Part shown: piece after piece, positions 1 to 9,974 of the stretch
Layout of the letters: each line of letters opens with the position of its first letter
How positions within the stretch are numbered: position 1 is the first letter of the stretch
NCBI GenBank assembly: GCA_000004985.1
Contig: GG738859.1
DNA: 64,000 bases
Source of the DNA: Naegleria gruberi
Lineage: Eukaryota
Strand: one strand, 5' to 3'
Notes under the pieces: model-generated
Databases searched by the model: none
Seen by the model: only the letters and a program-made list of their open reading frames with translations
What the model was told of the DNA's origin: nothing
Made by a program: the position numbers and the translations under genes

Positions 1-408
1 GAATTTGTTAACAAGGTTGTCTCAATTAGTGGGCGTGCAATAGCTCATGCAAGTGAAATTTTGAAACAGGACAGAGAGATAGTGTTAGCTGCTGTTTCTC
101 AAAATGGAAATGCATTGGCTTATGTTAATCATTTTAAGGATGATATGCAAGTGGTACTACGAGCAGTTGAGTCCAATGGTGATTCATTCCAGTTTGCCGA
201 TCCCAAATTACAAGGTGATAAAGAGTTTGTTTTACAGGTTGTGAAACAAAACGCAAAAGCCCTTTTATTTGCATCATCCAAGTTAAAAGCCGATAGGAAT
301 TTTATTTTGAAAATTGTGCAAACTAATGTATTCGCCTACCCTTACATTGGAGAGTACTTTAAAAACGATGAAGAAATTAAAGCAGTTTGGCAAAGTGCAT
401 CTCAATAA
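1..408 (+). CDS. DUF4116-repeat protein, C-terminal part (5' end lies upstream of window)
   Basis: Frame is open from nt 1 and stops with TAA at 406-408. It has three tandem ~35-aa repeats of the DUF4116 type (REIVLAAVSQNGNALAYV / MQVVLRAVESNGDSFQFA / KEFVLQVVKQNAKALLFA). The same repeat family recurs at 24154-25605. Confidence 0.6.
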   Translation, partial: EFVNKVVSISGRAIAHASEILKQDREIVLAAVSQNGNALAYVNHFKDDMQVVLRAVESNGDSFQFADPKLQGDKEFVLQVVKQNAKALLFASSKLKADRNFILKIVQTNVFAYPYIGEYFKNDEEIKAVWQSASQ

Positions 409-416
409 ATATGGTT

Positions 417-2921
417 TTAATGATGTGTTAATATTGAAATGTCAGCGAGGGGTGAAAAGTATTCAACTTGCGCCAAAAGTTTTTGCTTCATAATTGATTC
501 TTTGATGGCATTCATCTTATTTGATTCTGAATTTTCTAGCCAGTATGGATGCTCAATAATTTGCTCAATGGTGATTCGCTCTGCAGGATTCCAGGTAAAT
601 ATTCTTGAAATGAGATCGAGAGCCACCTCTGAGCAAGAATCCAAAGCGAAACTAAATGAATTTCTTTTAGATTGGAGTGTTCTTTCATTCATCTCGAAAA
701 TAATTCTTTCCTTCTCCTTTTCGTTAATTCCTTCCATATTGGAAAAACTGAACAAGGGTGAATGTGGTTGTCTTGGAATGGAAATGTCTTCAATTAGTTT
801 TCTCAACTCATCACATTTCCCTAATACCTTGAATTGATTAAGTGGTAGTAAGTGCTCACTCACTATAAGGCCGAATATAGAATTCCTCTCCTTATTTTCC
901 TTCCTAGATAGATACATTAACTCTGTAAGTATAACTCCAATAGTCCAAATATTTTGCTTTGAAATGATAGAGCTGATATTTCTCTCTGGGACTAAAGCAT
1001 TGGTACACATCATTAACAGAATTTCAGGAGCCCAATATCTCAATGACAATCTTGGCAGCAACTCCAAGTTATTGTTATTTTCCAAATCAGTAAAATCTAC
1101 CAGAACTTCAGTGTCATGTCTTTGTTTGGAAATAAGTAAGTTAGTATCTGGGTTGAGTAAAAGATTATTTGGGAATGAATTGCTGACCTTTTTGAGGAGC
1201 TTGAGCATGAATGAATTTACATCTTCTAAAGTAAAATCTGAATGCAATAAGCTATCCAAATAGTCAGTCAGATATGCTGAGGAATTTTCAATTTCAGATG
1301 GAAGATTCATTTCCACCGAGTTAGGAGTTACTGTTGGTGACTCAAAACTTCTGTGTGCGATGAAATTCTGAATTAATTCATACATTGTCTCTAGATTATA
1401 ATATTTACACCAATCCAATACATTGAATCCCATCTTGTCTCTTTCCATTGGGTTGTATCCTAGTTTGAGTAGTTCATAAACTTGATTGTACATTTCTCGT
1501 GCAGAAAAATGATGCAATAAAGAGTGGCCGTTGTAATCTCGTTTCAGCTTGAATTCTTCAAACTTTTCAGTGGAATCCATTGGAGACATTTCAAATTGAT
1601 CAAACAAGTTCATTGAATCCATTTCATTAACCGATGATTGGTTCTCGAGTACTCCAGATGTCAACTCGTCCAAATCATCTAAAAAGTTATCTTCATCTCT
1701 GACTTCTTGTAGTGATGCATTTTGCCCCAAACCAATAGAGTTTTCCTCTCCAAAGAATTGAAAATCCAATCCACCATTATCGCAAGTCAAAATCTCATGG
1801 TGGCCATACATTAGTTTTACAATGCATTCTAAATTATTTTCCTTAATTATTGGAGTGTAGCTAAATATTTCCAAATCGTGTCTTAAACCTTCCTGAAGTG
1901 GTGTTAATATATGTTTTCTTGTGATGTTATATACATTGGATGGATTGGCCTTTTCAATAAAGCAAATTGTAGTTGGAAGAGAAAATGGAGAAAATAAATG
2001 AGTAATAAGGGACGACTTCATCAGTAAATCATTCTCATTGAGTGAGACATAAATTACAAAGTGGGTAGATATTTTGCTGTGAGCCCTCGAAGGTGACATG
2101 CTCAAGAGTTGCAATTTCAATTCAGGTTGGGGAAGATGTGCTTTTGGTTGAGTAAGACCAAAAGGTGGGAAATTTGGGAATGGTTGTAAAAAGCTCATGT
2201 CCATCTTTGGAACCATTGAAGAGAGAGGTTGAGTGAACAAATCTCTCTTTCTTTTCTTAGCCATTGGATCATTTGCATCATCAGATGAGTTATTATCATT
2301 TACAAGGAGTGGAGGAAAAGATGAATTTGATGAGCTATCTGAGCTTCCAATAAATGATGAAGGTGTGGTGGTAATATCCATGGATGATGTAGCTGCCACT
2401 GGATTCTTTTCTCTATTGCATTCAAACTCATCAATTACTGTTTCAGTAACCCAGGCATATTTGTTCGTCCCAATTTCAACTCCATATGTATTAAGCCTGT
2501 CTTGACCAACTCTCCTACTCGATCTCTCATTAACAATCATGACACCAATACTTCCTAATACTTTGATAGGTCTATTCGAATAGATGGTTGGATGTCCATT
2601 CACATTCGATTTTTGAAAACTAATCACCTTGCCAATTTCATATTTGTGCCCATTAAATCCTCCAATAATTGTCCTATTCTTACTACATTGACCCTCTGAA
2701 TCAATAACAACTGGTTGATTCTTATACATTTGTTCTTCCGAGGATGTTGAACATGATGAAGACTTTTTCTTCTTTTTCTTCTTTACCTTCTCGTCCTTCA
2801 TTGGTTTCATATCCAAATCATCTTCCTTTTTAATATTCAATGTTGAATCAATCATGGTTGCTAGTGATGCTAGACTTTCATCCGATGATTTGTTGTTGAT
2901 CAATTGTTGTTGTGATTCCAT
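417..2921 (-). CDS. large hypothetical nuclear-type protein (834 aa) with C-terminal degenerate protein-kinase-like region, ankyrin-like repeat, poly-Lys tract and KKRKR NLS
   Basis: Single 2505-nt ORF with ATG at 2919-2921 and stop TAA (reverse complement of 417-419). The C-terminus has kinase subdomain VIII-XI-like motifs (RYWAPEIL, IWTIGVIL, HPYW). The catalytic-loop and DFG equivalents are altered (NLLLNPDTN, VDFTD), so it is a probable pseudokinase. A K9 tract and an S/N-rich linker are present. Confidence 0.4.
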   Translation of the reverse strand: MESQQQLINNKSSDESLASLATMIDSTLNIKKEDDLDMKPMKDEKVKKKKKKKSSSCSTSSEEQMYKNQPVVIDSEGQCSKNRTIIGGFNGHKYEIGKVISFQKSNVNGHPTIYSNRPIKVLGSIGVMIVNERSSRRVGQDRLNTYGVEIGTNKYAWVTETVIDEFECNREKNPVAATSSMDITTTPSSFIGSSDSSSNSSFPPLLVNDNNSSDDANDPMAKKRKRDLFTQPLSSMVPKMDMSFLQPFPNFPPFGLTQPKAHLPQPELKLQLLSMSPSRAHSKISTHFVIYVSLNENDLLMKSSLITHLFSPFSLPTTICFIEKANPSNVYNITRKHILTPLQEGLRHDLEIFSYTPIIKENNLECIVKLMYGHHEILTCDNGGLDFQFFGEENSIGLGQNASLQEVRDEDNFLDDLDELTSGVLENQSSVNEMDSMNLFDQFEMSPMDSTEKFEEFKLKRDYNGHSLLHHFSAREMYNQVYELLKLGYNPMERDKMGFNVLDWCKYYNLETMYELIQNFIAHRSFESPTVTPNSVEMNLPSEIENSSAYLTDYLDSLLHSDFTLEDVNSFMLKLLKKVSNSFPNNLLLNPDTNLLISKQRHDTEVLVDFTDLENNNNLELLPRLSLRYWAPEILLMMCTNALVPERNISSIISKQNIWTIGVILTELMYLSRKENKERNSIFGLIVSEHLLPLNQFKVLGKCDELRKLIEDISIPRQPHSPLFSFSNMEGINEKEKERIIFEMNERTLQSKRNSFSFALDSCSEVALDLISRIFTWNPAERITIEQIIEHPYWLENSESNKMNAIKESIMKQKLLAQVEYFSPLADISILTHH

Positions 2922-3279
2922 TGAACAATCCGAAATGACAACTCAATTCTTTACAATTTACTAAACTATTTTGCACCGATATTATCAATTTACTATTATC
3001 ATGCACTTTTCAAACTCTAACTGAAGATCTTAAAAGTGATTTCTCTTGTTTTTTTTCTCAATGTTCTCCAATTGCAACGAATGATGGATGCAGCAGAGTT
3101 CATCATGTTCATCCATTCAATATTCCGAAACTCTAAAAATTGGAACAACAAGAACGCAATCATGATGATGATTCACAAGGAATTTGATTGAAAAGACCTA
3201 ATTGTTTTGATTTGGGAGTAATTATTATATTAACAAATCACTCTCTAATCAATTTGATATAAAAAGCAAAATCAAAAAA

Positions 3280-6200
3280 ATGATTCAATCATCAGCAAGG
3301 AATCTTTCAAAACATTTGATGAGGAGTGGAGGTGTTGCTTTTAAACGTACAACCCTCTCCGAATTGGATAAAAAAGTAATTCTGATTAGACAATTGGTGG
3401 ATAGATTTTATTATTCGCAAAATAGAGAGTTTGGTCAGGATTTGTCCCTTGTTGGATTAAAGAATCAAAAGATTAATTTATCTGCTAACATGATGACAAA
3501 TAGTAGTAGTACGAATAATAATTCACGTTCCTATTCATCTTCTACATCACCATCCGAGAAGAAAATTCTACTTGTCGATGGTACTCCACTTGTTGTGAGA
3601 GCTTACTTTGGAACACCTCCTCTGACTTCGTAAGTGATTTTATTGCTTTTCATCAAATGGTTCGAATAATATACAAATAGATCTAATGGAACTCCAACTA
3701 ATGCAATTTTAACATTTGCAAAGAGTTTAATTGCCATTCTGAAATCGGATGAATTTGATCATGTGGCTATCTTTTTCGATTCTGGAAAACCTTCAATAAG
3801 GAAATCAATTTCATCTGATTATAAGGCAAACAGAAAACCAACTGAAGATGTAAGTTATGACCTAGCTTTAGGAGATTCTTAAAATGTTTAGAATTTGAAA
3901 AAACAATTTCCAATCTGTAAATTATTAGCCGAAAAGATGGGCCTAAAAGTGATAAGCAAGGACGGATTTGAAGCAGATGATCTCATTGCTACAGTAGCCA
4001 GACAAGCAAAGGATGAAAAGTTTAATTCAATTGTTGTGGTTTCCTCTGATAAGGATCTTCACTGCCTTTCGGATACAAATTTAACTCTTCTTGACCCAAT
4101 GACAAAGAAGAAATTAACAATGGACGATATAATTGGAAAGTATGAATTGCCTCCAAAGTTGATTCCAGAGTTTTTGGCACTTGTTGGTGACACTGCAGAC
4201 AATATTAAGGGTGTTAAAGGTATTGGAAAGAAGAAGGCAGTTTCACTGTTGGAACAATATGGATCAATTTCTGAAATTTTGAATAATTTGGACGATGAAA
4301 ATATGGAAAAGAAGTCAAGAGAGGCCATCAAGAGTAATATTGATGACCTTAAATTATCCTTGAGGTTAGTTGCTTTGGACGAAGAAGTTCCTTTGGATTA
4401 TTCTTTACAAGATTTCCAAGTTGACCAATCCTCACTGGATTTTTCACAAAACGAAGAGGTATGTTTATATAATAATGTTCACCATTTACAAACAATCGTC
4501 AGCTCATTAAAATGTTAGAGGATTTGGAAATTAATTCAGTCATTAAACAATTAAAGAAGGAAACAGATAAGAAGGAAAAAACTACAAAATCCAAATCTAA
4601 AAAGAAGGAAGTTATAGAATCTGTTGTACTCAGTGAAGAAATGTCCTCTGCAGATGTAGCCTCCTTAAAATTATCCCACGTCTCGGATGACTCTAAAATT
4701 GGTAAGATTGTCAAAGCATCAGAGTACAATATTATTCTGAATGAGAAAGAGTTAGACTCTTTCATTGAACAGGTGAAGATATCAGGAGTAAGTTTGCAAC
4801 AATTTTCAACATACTGACATAATTTAGAATGTTTGTTTCTCAACGGAAATTTGTCTATTAAGCTTACATAATCCTGTAATGGCTGGTATATCATTCTGCA
4901 TTAGTCCAGGACAAGCATACTATCTTCCATTTTTCAAGGGTGGAAAGGTTGAATTTTTAGATTCTGTAAATATTCTAAAGGAAAGTCCAATACTTTCAAA
5001 GGTTAGGACAGAAATTATGGAAAATCCAAACATTCTCAAGATTGGCCACAATATCAAGTATCATATCAAAATGCTTGCAAACTATGGAGTTACAGGTAAG
5101 TTTTAAATTTATTTATTATTTACTAATATTCAATAGTGAAAAACTTTGACGATATCATGGTAATGTCTTATGTTTTAAATTGTGGTAAACATGGTCATGA
5201 AATGGATGAAATTGTAGAAAATGTCTTGTTACTCGATCCTAAGGAACATATCATTCCAGAGAAAGAAGTGCTTGGCATTGGTAAAAAGAAGGTTACCCTT
5301 ATGGAGGCAGATATTGTCAGTGTTGTTCATTTTGCATGCCAACATGCTGACTTGACTAAACAAGCATATGATGTTTTAAAGTCAGCCCTAGATAAGAGTC
5401 CTAAACTTACTCAATTTTACGAAGGTATCGAAAAACCTCTTGTTGAAACACTTGCAGGTATTGAAATGAAGGGAGTTTTTATGGATGAACCTGCCCTTGT
5501 GAAGATGGAAAACGAATATAGAGAAAAGATCAAAGCCATTGGAAATAAGATAAGAGAAGATGCAGGATATCCAACTATTGATGAAGATATTGAAATCCCT
5601 ACTTCAGAAGAGGAAATTGAAAGTATGATCATTGAAATGGATGAAATGAAACAAGAAGCTTCTGAAGAATTCAATATTAATTCAAATAGACAATTGGGAC
5701 AAGTGATATTCGAAAAATTGGGAATTGGTACAAAGTTAAGAAAAAAGACCAAAGTTGGAGATTATATTTTGAATGCTGAAGTTTTACAAAAACTTGCCGC
5801 AGAAGGACACAGCATTGCCAAGCATATTCTAGAATATAGGGCCTTAACCAAACTCTACAGTACATACATCTCTGGATTAAGACAACATATCAACCCATAC
5901 ACAAAGAGAATTCACACCACTTTCCAAAATGCCCTTACGGTTACTGGTAGATTGAGCTCAGTCATGCCAAACATTCAGAACATTCCTGTCAGAACAGCTG
6001 AAGGTAAACAAATAAGAAGATGTTTCATTTCTCCTTCTGATGATTATGTAATAATGAAGGTCGACTATTCACAGGTAGAGTTGAGAATTTTAGCCCATAT
6101 TGCCAATATTCCAGTGCTTAAGAATGCCTTTAAAGAAAATAAGGACGTTCACGCCATTACAGCCAGTCAAGTTTTCAATGTTCCACTCGATCAGGTCGAT

Positions 6201-6755
6201 AAGTCAACCAGAAATAAGGCCAAGGCCATTAACTTTGGTATTATCTATGGTATGAGTGAATTTGGTTTATCAAAGAGAATTGGAGTAGACACTCAAGCCG
6301 CCAAGTCATTTATTGAACAATACTTTAAGCAATATCCAGGTATTAAGAATTACATGACCAAGACTATTGAATTTTGTAGAAAACATGGTTATGTAAATAC
6401 TCTTTTCAACAGAAGATGTTGGATACCTGGTATTGAGGACCAAGGATTTGGAGGAAAATCATCTTTTGGTGAGAGAACAAGTATCAATACTCCAATCCAA
6501 GGTACCTCAGCTGATATCACAAAGATTGCAATGAACTCATTACACAAGGCATTCCAGGAGAAGGGATTGAGAACCAGAATGATTATTCAAGTTCATGATG
6601 AAATTGTTTTTGAAGTACCAAAGGATGAAGTGGAAACAGTCGAACCAATCATTAAGGAACTCATGGAAGGTGCAGCATTCTTTGGTGGAACAAACTTTAC
6701 GGTGCCACTAACCGTCGAAGCTACAGTTGACTCAAAATGGTTGGCAGATGAATAA
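3280..6755 (+). CDS. family A (bacterial Pol I-type) DNA polymerase with N-terminal 5'-3' exonuclease domain; 6 exons, ~1085 aa; N-terminal presequence
   Basis: Exons are 3280-3629, 3681-3849, 3892-4458, 4503-4787, 4828-5095 and 5137-6755. Introns are 51, 42, 44, 40 and 41 nt with GTAAGT/GTATGT donors, and splice phases are consistent. The N-terminus MIQSSARNLSKHLMRSGGVAFKRTT resembles an organellar presequence. The 5'-3' exonuclease (5' nuclease) domain is indicated by the motifs KKILLVDGTPLVVRAYFG, GFEADDLIATVA and LVGDTADNIKGVKGIGKK. The central region aligns to the Klenow 3'-5' exo domain but has Exo I altered (CFSTEI instead of FDTETD). Polymerase motifs are A DYSQVELRILAHI, B RNKAKAINFGIIYGMS and C QVHDEIVFE. 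An A7 run precedes the ATG. Confidence 0.85.
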
Positions 6756-6788
6756 ATAATAAATAATTTATTTCCTAGTAAAACTGGT
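6756..6788. promoter_or_regulatory. 33-bp convergent 3' spacer with AATAAA-type hexamers on both strands (shared poly(A) region of the Pol and SET genes)
   Basis: The sequence between the Pol stop TAA (6753-6755) and the SET stop (reverse complement of 6789-6791) is ataataaataatttatttcctagtaaaactggt. It carries AATAAA on the plus strand and TTTATT (= AATAAA on the minus strand). Confidence 0.4.
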
Positions 6789-9626
6789 TTAGGTTCTTGG
6801 TTTATGACTATTATATTTTCTCTTATTTGGTAAAGATGAGAGTCCTTCATAGGCTTTCACTTTGCTTATTCTTACATTGAATCTTCTCAACATTTCATAC
6901 TCATCTTCTTCACTTTCTGACTCGCTTTCAGATTCTTCTTCACTGCTACTGCTTTCCACAACTTTTCTTGGACGACCAACTTTTCTCTTTGTTTCACTTT
7001 GTTCATCCTTTCTTGGTCGACCAACTTTTCTTTTTGGTTCCTCCTCGTCCTTCTTGGTTTCTTTTTTCACGTTTTGTTGTTCGTCCTTTCTTGGTCTACC
7101 AACTTTTCTCTTTGGTGTTTCATCTTCGCTTTCAGAAGATGATTCTTCCTTAACTTTGGTATTGTGAACGATTCGTCTTGGCTTTGAATCTGCTGATTCT
7201 GATTTCACACTTGAACTACTACTACTAGTTGGCTTGGAAGATGTTGATTCCTTCTTAGTGACTACCTCTTTTGGTTTGGTTTCAGTTTCGTCCTTTCTTG
7301 GGCGACCAACCTTTCTCTTTGGAGCCTCTGGTTCTGGTGTTGTTTTTGCAGATGATGATGATGAAGAAGTAGAAGAAGGTTTTACAGGCTTTGGTTGAGA
7401 TATAGGTGTTTTTGGTGTGGTGAGAATTGGCTTGGCTGAACTAGTTGACTTTGATTCTTTCTTAACAGTACTAGGAGCAGGAGTTGTCTTCTTTTCAACC
7501 TTTTTCTCCTCTACCTTCTTTGGTCTTCCAACCTTTCTCTTTTCTTCCTCTACCCCTTTAGGAGTTGTAATAACAGAGTCACTCTTTCTTGGTCTACCAA
7601 CTTTTCGTTTAGCATCGGATCTAGCTTCTTTGTCATAGTCTGATTCTGATTCAGATTCACTGCTACTTTCCTCAACCTTTCTCTTTTTTGTTTGTTGTGT
7701 TTTCTTGTCTGTTGATTCATCCTTCTTTGGTCTTCCAACTTTTCGTTTGGCTTCAGATTTGGTTCCTTCAGTTCTAGCTTTAGACTTTTCCTTACTATCA
7801 CTACTTGAAGATGATTCAGATTTTCTTGGCCTACCCACTTTTCTCTTTTTCTCCTCTTCATCTGTATTCTTCTTTGGTCTGCCAACCTTTCTCTTTGATT
7901 TGCTCTTTTCATCATCAGATTCCTCATCATATGAAAGTTCAGAGTCTTCATCTTCCTCACTTTCGCTTTCAGATTCACTCTCCTCCATAGCTTTCTTTGG
8001 AGGTCTACCTCTTTTCTTTTTAGTTTCTTCTTCTGGTTTTTCTGCCTTCTTTTTGGCAGTTCTTGTCACTCTAGGTTGTGTTGTCTCAGTGAGTGATGTA
8101 GATATTCCAGCATTTTTACATCTTCTGGTTTTGAATTCGGTATGTCTCATTATTTCTCCTTTTTGAGCCTGTTCATACATTTTAGTCATGAGAGCTCGTT
8201 CGTACACAGTCAGACCAAACTCATCCAATTGTGGGGCATCATCCTTCTTTTGTGTCTCTTCTAATTGTCTTTCTATTGATAAAAATTGTCTGAAACGTTT
8301 CTTTTCAGTCTTTCTAATATTACGAATTAAAAAAGTATTTCCAAATTTTGCAGAGTCAATAACTTCTTTTGGAAGCTTTGAGCTGTCTTCCAATATTTTC
8401 AGTGTGTACAAAGTTCTTTGTTTGAATTTTGATTCAAGTTTGTGAGCTCTTAATTTTTTAGCTTGTTCACTATCCATTTGTGTTGATTTTTCCTTAGCTT
8501 CTAGCAAGGACATATCTTTTGATGTAATTGTTCCTCTGCAATTTGCACTTCCACAATAACATTTTTGGAAGGAAACACCATAACATTCCATTGCATAGTC
8601 AAAAGTAACTTCTTCTCCTTTTTCAATATCTCTAAGTGCAAAAACACCTATCCTAGATTGATGGCCAACTGTCCATTTTTGCAATACAGAGTTTGGATCA
8701 CAACTGTGATTAATAAACCTAGCATTATTACCCTTTTTTGAGGCATCAATAATTTGATTGGTACCAACTGAAAGGAAATAATAGTGGCGTTCACCATCAT
8801 AAGCTTCTTGTCTTTGTTTGTAAATTTTTTCATCTAATACTTCTCCTACATATTCAATAATAAAAGTTCCTTTTGAAATTTTCTCTTTAGCAAAAACTCC
8901 AAACCCCTTTTCACCAGCTCTTTTAACTTCTATTTTTTTCCAACTCTTTTTTTGAAATCTATTATTTGTGCATTTAGATCCACAACTACAATAGCCGATT
9001 ACACACTCCATGCACAATAATCTATTCACACAAAATTCACCACAGTGATCATCACCTGAAATATCTCCCTTTTTTGAAGGACCACAAGTACACATAATAA
9101 TGTCATCATCAAATAAATTTTTCCAGGCATAAACTGTACTATCACCTAAATAAATATTTTCATCAATCTTTTTAAATTGTCTGCTGTCGTAAGCTGCTTT
9201 TTCGTCATCTTCATCTTTTTGTTGATTTAATTCAATTTTCCTCTTCTTTTTTGGTAATTTAACTGTTTCTTCCGATGTTTTGTTTTTCTCATCCTTACTT
9301 TCAAGTCTATTATTTCCAGAAATAAATAATTCTTGTAATAACATGGCATCTTAAAAAATTAAATAAATTAAAATTAATAATAAATTACCTTCCATATCGT
9401 TCTTGGTATGTGATGCAATAGATTCTTGTTGTTCAACACCAGTAGATTTTTTATCATCTTTGTTTTCCTCTCCAGTTGATGACACTACATTTGATGATAC
9501 ACTATTTGGATTGGATAATTCTGATTGTTGGGTATTATCGCTTGGTGGAAGTATCTGATGATCTTCCGTCGTCCCTTCCTTGTTGGGCGATGATGACGAG
9601 GTTTGGCCACTTTCCGTTTGGCTCAT
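6789..9626 (-). CDS. SET-domain histone-lysine N-methyltransferase (AWS-SET-postSET, SET2/ASH1-like) with array of ~10 AT-hooks; 2 exons, ~932 aa
   Basis: On the minus strand the exons are 9389-9626 and 6789-9349, separated by a 39-nt intron (gtaattt...ttttaag) with consistent phase. The SET domain carries NHSCDPN and GEEVTFDY, and the post-SET motif is CYCGSANCRG. It is preceded by a Cys-rich AWS domain. The N-terminal two-thirds hold repeated KRKVGRPRK/KRKVGRPKK AT-hooks and S/E/D-rich acidic tracts. Confidence 0.85.
6950..8010. repeat. about 10 dispersed copies of a ~27-nt coding repeat (plus strand cttggtcgaccaacttttctctt and variants) encoding the AT-hook KRKVGRPRK
   Basis: Direct inspection finds copies at about 6961, 7012, 7088, 7303, 7524, 7594, 7728, 7835, 7876 and 7995, all inside the SET-gene coding region. 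Confidence 0.7.
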
Positions 9627-9974
9627 TTTTTTTAAAAATTATTTTTTAATATTTTTATTTGCAACTGATTGTAATATTAATCATTAATATTAATAATTAA
9701 TATTATTAATAGGATGATTTATTCTTTATTTAATTGAATTGAAATAGAAATTATTAGAAAATTTAATTCTCCATTATTGTCTATTTGTGATCAAAGATTG
9801 AAAGAATTATCCAATATTTCGAATTGAGCTATTGGATTATTTCAAATATCCAAGATCTTTTGGGTATGTATTTTGCCTGATGCTGTTCATTGTGCTCTTA
9901 CAGTTACATCCTTTGCATTTAGTTATGAATTGATTGAAATCTATACTTTCGACTAGTATGATAATTTGTAAAAA

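Noticed and set aside
3655-3670. GGTTCGAAT, a tRNA T-loop-like motif
   Set aside because: It lies inside the 51-nt first intron of the polymerase gene. There is no acceptor stem, no anticodon arm and no CCA-proximal pairing. It is not a tRNA.
3280-6755. Possibility that the Pol I-like gene is bacterial contamination or part of a prokaryotic element
   Set aside because: It contains five canonical spliceosomal introns with consistent phases. It has the organism's A-rich ATG context and matching codon usage. It is flanked within 33 bp by a eukaryotic SET-domain gene.
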